This document shows, in pieces, positions 60,709 through 64,000 of a stretch of DNA of 64,000 nucleotides. The notes under the pieces are model-generated. The model saw nothing but the letters and a program-made list of their open reading frames with translations. It was not told the origin of the DNA and did not search any database. Origin of the DNA: Lingula anatina (Eukaryota; Animalia; Brachiopoda); contig CM120643.1 in the NCBI GenBank assembly GCA_051362555.1, positions 14,978,644 through 15,042,643 on the forward strand, in the 5' to 3' direction. Each line of letters starts with the position of its first letter. Positions within the stretch are counted from its first letter, which is position 1. A program made the translations under genes and the position numbers.

Positions 60709-63700
60709 TCAATCAGTTGTGCTAAGAGACGCGTTTCGGTGTAATTTCAATTTTTTATACTGCTGGTCATTATTTTCAAGAATATTATTCTGAAAGTTAG
60801 TTTGATAAAAGACAGGCGGACATCTAGTAATTTTCGCTTTGACAGAATAAAAAAAAATTAATGAAGTATTAAATGAAATTTTGAAAACCAGACAACGAAC
60901 AAATGGCTCTAAATTCACAGCACAGCACCTTTTCTTTTTCTTCCCTTAAGACATTATGGGTAGACTGCAGTTTAATTTCAAGCAAAGAAGGGCAAAGGAG
61001 CTTGCACGTTGTCTCTGTTCGCTGCAAATAAAACAAGTGGAAAACATATGGGTTCATAGTTGACTCCAATGGCACTGAACAACACAGACAGATGCCGACC
61101 AGGCGTTTCTACCTGGCTTTACCTGTTCTAGCTTATCAAAACACCTTCTTGTTCTTGTTCGTAGGGTTTTAGACGATAGAGGCCGCTTCGGGTGGAACTG
61201 GTGTAGGGGCAATGCCCGTGGTAATTTCTACGTAGCAAATGGTCTCGCGACACCAAACAAGACGAGGGTCGTAACCAGTTCCACACTGGGTTTCCCCGAG
61301 AAATAATTTTTCATTGAATAAAAGGCGTTTTGATAACTACTTGTATTCTTGCCCCCAAAGTTGCCTCCGGTACCATATAAAAAGGCATGACCTTGAACAA
61401 ATGAAATCCATGATCAGATAACTTGTTGCATCGTTGTGAGTGGCTTCCATGTTGCCTCTATTGTATAAAATCGGGGGATTGCTCTATTCCCATCAGCGTC
61501 TTAATCCTTCCTCTATTTGTTAACAAATTTCTACTGTCTAAAAACTTTTTCTGATTTTATTATTTTTTGTGATAATTACGCGAAAAGTGATAAATATATA
61601 CCGCTTTTAAAATAGGTAAGAATTGTGTGTAATACAATGATATGTAACGATTACAGTATCTGTTCGTGAACAGTTTTGATCCAATCACTTGGCGTATGGG
61701 TATTCCATCAATAGATTGTAAAAGTACAAAACTACCCTTTGAGCAAAAATTTCGAGCCTTATGTATATTGTTTCATGGGATTTTTTTATTGTAACTTCCA
61801 TAGCCATTTGGCTGAGTAAATACGTTATACTGCGATAGTTAGGAGGTTAACTAGTTAACTGTGCGACAGGTTAGTTTTTAGGTTCCATCCCATTTTTGCT
61901 TAACGCATGGCAATTGCTTATTCAGGTATCTTTCATAAACACGTTACAGCTAAGGTCAAAACAGTTAGACGCTGGGGGAAGATCACCTTATGTTTGATGA
62001 GTCACTAAGGTTATTTTCTAATCGAACGGTATACTTTCAAACGATACAGTCCGTACCGATACACTTTAAGCGCTCCTAACGTAAAATTACAATTCAGGAT
62101 GAGGTGGGGTTGGTGTTACTCGCTTTCTCAATTCTCTTCCTTTTTTTGGGGGCAGAAGTTAATTAATTGGTCGCGTCGAGCGGGGGAGGGGGAGGGGTTT
62201 CTGTTTTTGTGACTTTTGTACTAAGACATAGTCCAGGGTATTTTAAAGTTGCCACTCTCACAGTGTAGTGGTACAGTCTGAATAGCTTAATGTAAAAAGG
62301 ACCTCAATGTACTGTACAGTACTTGAAAAACTACAGACGTTCAAAATGTTAAAGTGGAAATGTAAACCGGTTTATCGTTTTTGAAATACGAAATAAATTA
62401 TTCCAAGGCCACCAAATCTTTGCTTGTTTTCAAAGTGAGATTAAAGTTTACCCAAAATGTTAAAATCATAATAATTTTTTCCAATAAGGGCAAGTTTAAG
62501 CAAAACGCCAACAATGAAAATTTGTGTTAAGATGTGGCATTCGCGAAATGAATGAAGATTTATGTGTATCTGTGGATTACAGGTCACCATTATACATTGT
62601 ATGTGGTTCTACTTTTCGCCATGTTGCTCACATCGACTCGGATTTTATTAGCAATAATTGGTTTTACATGAAGGATTTTAAACGAACGCAGTCTTGTGAT
62701 GAAGGCTAAGGTTAACATTTTTGGACAGGATCAGTACCTGTTGACGTCACTATCGTGTACCTGGAAAACGTAAACAAAAACAATAATAAATTAGAATAAA
62801 ATCAATAAAATAAAAGTCAACGGGCAGGGATTAAGTAGCACACTGAGGAAGCATTTTGATTTGTTGCAGTTACAAAGGCCGTAATTGTTCAAAAGCGTTC
62901 TTCAAAATATTTCTTTTCTTATTTATTTTTATGTATACATGTATAGAATTGCATGAACGGTAGTAGAATTGCAATTGAAGCGTCCGCGAAATATTTTTCA
63001 TCTTTTTCCTCTTATACTTAACGGATTGACCTGTAACAAAACGTGAAACAGAAATATGTTTGAGAGAGGTTTAGATTCACCTAAATGTATCACTTAATGA
63101 TCGTGTATGTTTGACTGGAAGATTCTTTATGACGTCCGGCATTACAAGAAAAATACAGTGAGCCATGGCCGAGGCATCCTGTGGGTGAAAAAAGTAATTG
63201 TAAACAGATCTCTGATTCACCGTCGAGCGAGATAAGATGGAATAATGTGCCAAACTATCTGCCAAGTGAAATATCAGTGGATAATCAACCGTGTGTGTTG
63301 AAAGTTTCCTCTGTTTGTGCACTGGCGCCTGCATTGATTCACGAGTGTTTTATGAGTTAATTTTTTTTTCTGTATTCTTGGTGCCACGATGTTTATTTTT
63401 TGTCTCGTGTTTGGTGTTGGAATATCACCTGTATTCTGTCAAAACGAAACATGAAAGATGGTCCATGGATTAATGTTAGATAAAATCATTGAAAACAATG
63501 CCCCATTCAAAATCAACTGAGATGTGAAAGGAAATATTGAGGTGGCTATAAACAGGATGATCTGAAAACGTGTGAAGCGAGACCAGATATGTTTGGCAGT
63601 TATTACCGTGAACAGTGCGTGCTAGTAACCGCGGGGCATATGCTTTTTTTCAGAAACCTCCTCCCTGTTTATTGCCAATTAGACACACAGATATGGCACC

Positions 63701-64000
63701 GTTATTGGTTTACCTCAAATGTGCCCCGTGTTTTGCGAAATGTTTCAACGCCACGCAAATGTTCGCAATATTGAGAACACACGCTTCCAAGCTAACACCG
63801 ACGAATGTTCATAACTTTTGAGTACACGCGATTCCAAGCTTACACAGGCACAATCACCAGGTAAAACAACTGTCGGAGGCCAAGACACAGCTCTGATGGA
63901 AACTTCAAAGGGGGGACATAGGTTAAATGAATTACGTTTTTATTGGCTACAGCGGTTCCGCTTTTCAGTTGCACCTCTGTTTAAAGTATTCTAATGACGA

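Noticed and set aside
1-64000. tRNA or rRNA genes, prokaryotic operons or defence systems
   Set aside because: No cloverleaf or rRNA-like sequence was recognised, and the gene structure is spliceosomal throughout.

Overview
AT-rich, intron-rich animal genomic DNA. An invertebrate is likely, since Mextli is known from invertebrates and the repeat landscape looks lophotrochozoan/mollusc-like; this is inference. I reconstructed three protein-coding genes by hand from splice sites and reading frame. (1) The last five exons of a MOV10/Armitage-type SF1 RNA helicase (minus, 13814-17093); its 5' two-thirds cannot be found in the window. (2) A complete 15-coding-exon, ~1028-aa Mextli-like eIF4E-binding protein (plus, 26322-38149). 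(3) A complete 8-exon, 255-aa TMEM55/PIP4P phosphatidylinositol-4,5-bisphosphate 4-phosphatase (minus, 42032-48484). The most unusual region is ~4.4-10.9 kb. It is a minus-strand chain of at least 12 exon-like units with intact GT/AG signals but no continuous ORF, built by serial exon duplication, and includes a near-perfect 131-132-bp exon+intron tandem array plus 52-bp and 70-bp minisatellites. It is a candidate spliced repeat-exon lncRNA. The window also holds a 5'-truncated LINE with a 12-bp TSD, a Penelope GIY-YIG relic, Helentron/HINE-like elements, several MITEs, and two candidate alternative first exons of a further plus-strand gene (49.7 and 54.0 kb). All identifications come from reading the sequence and recalling motifs; no database searches were run.
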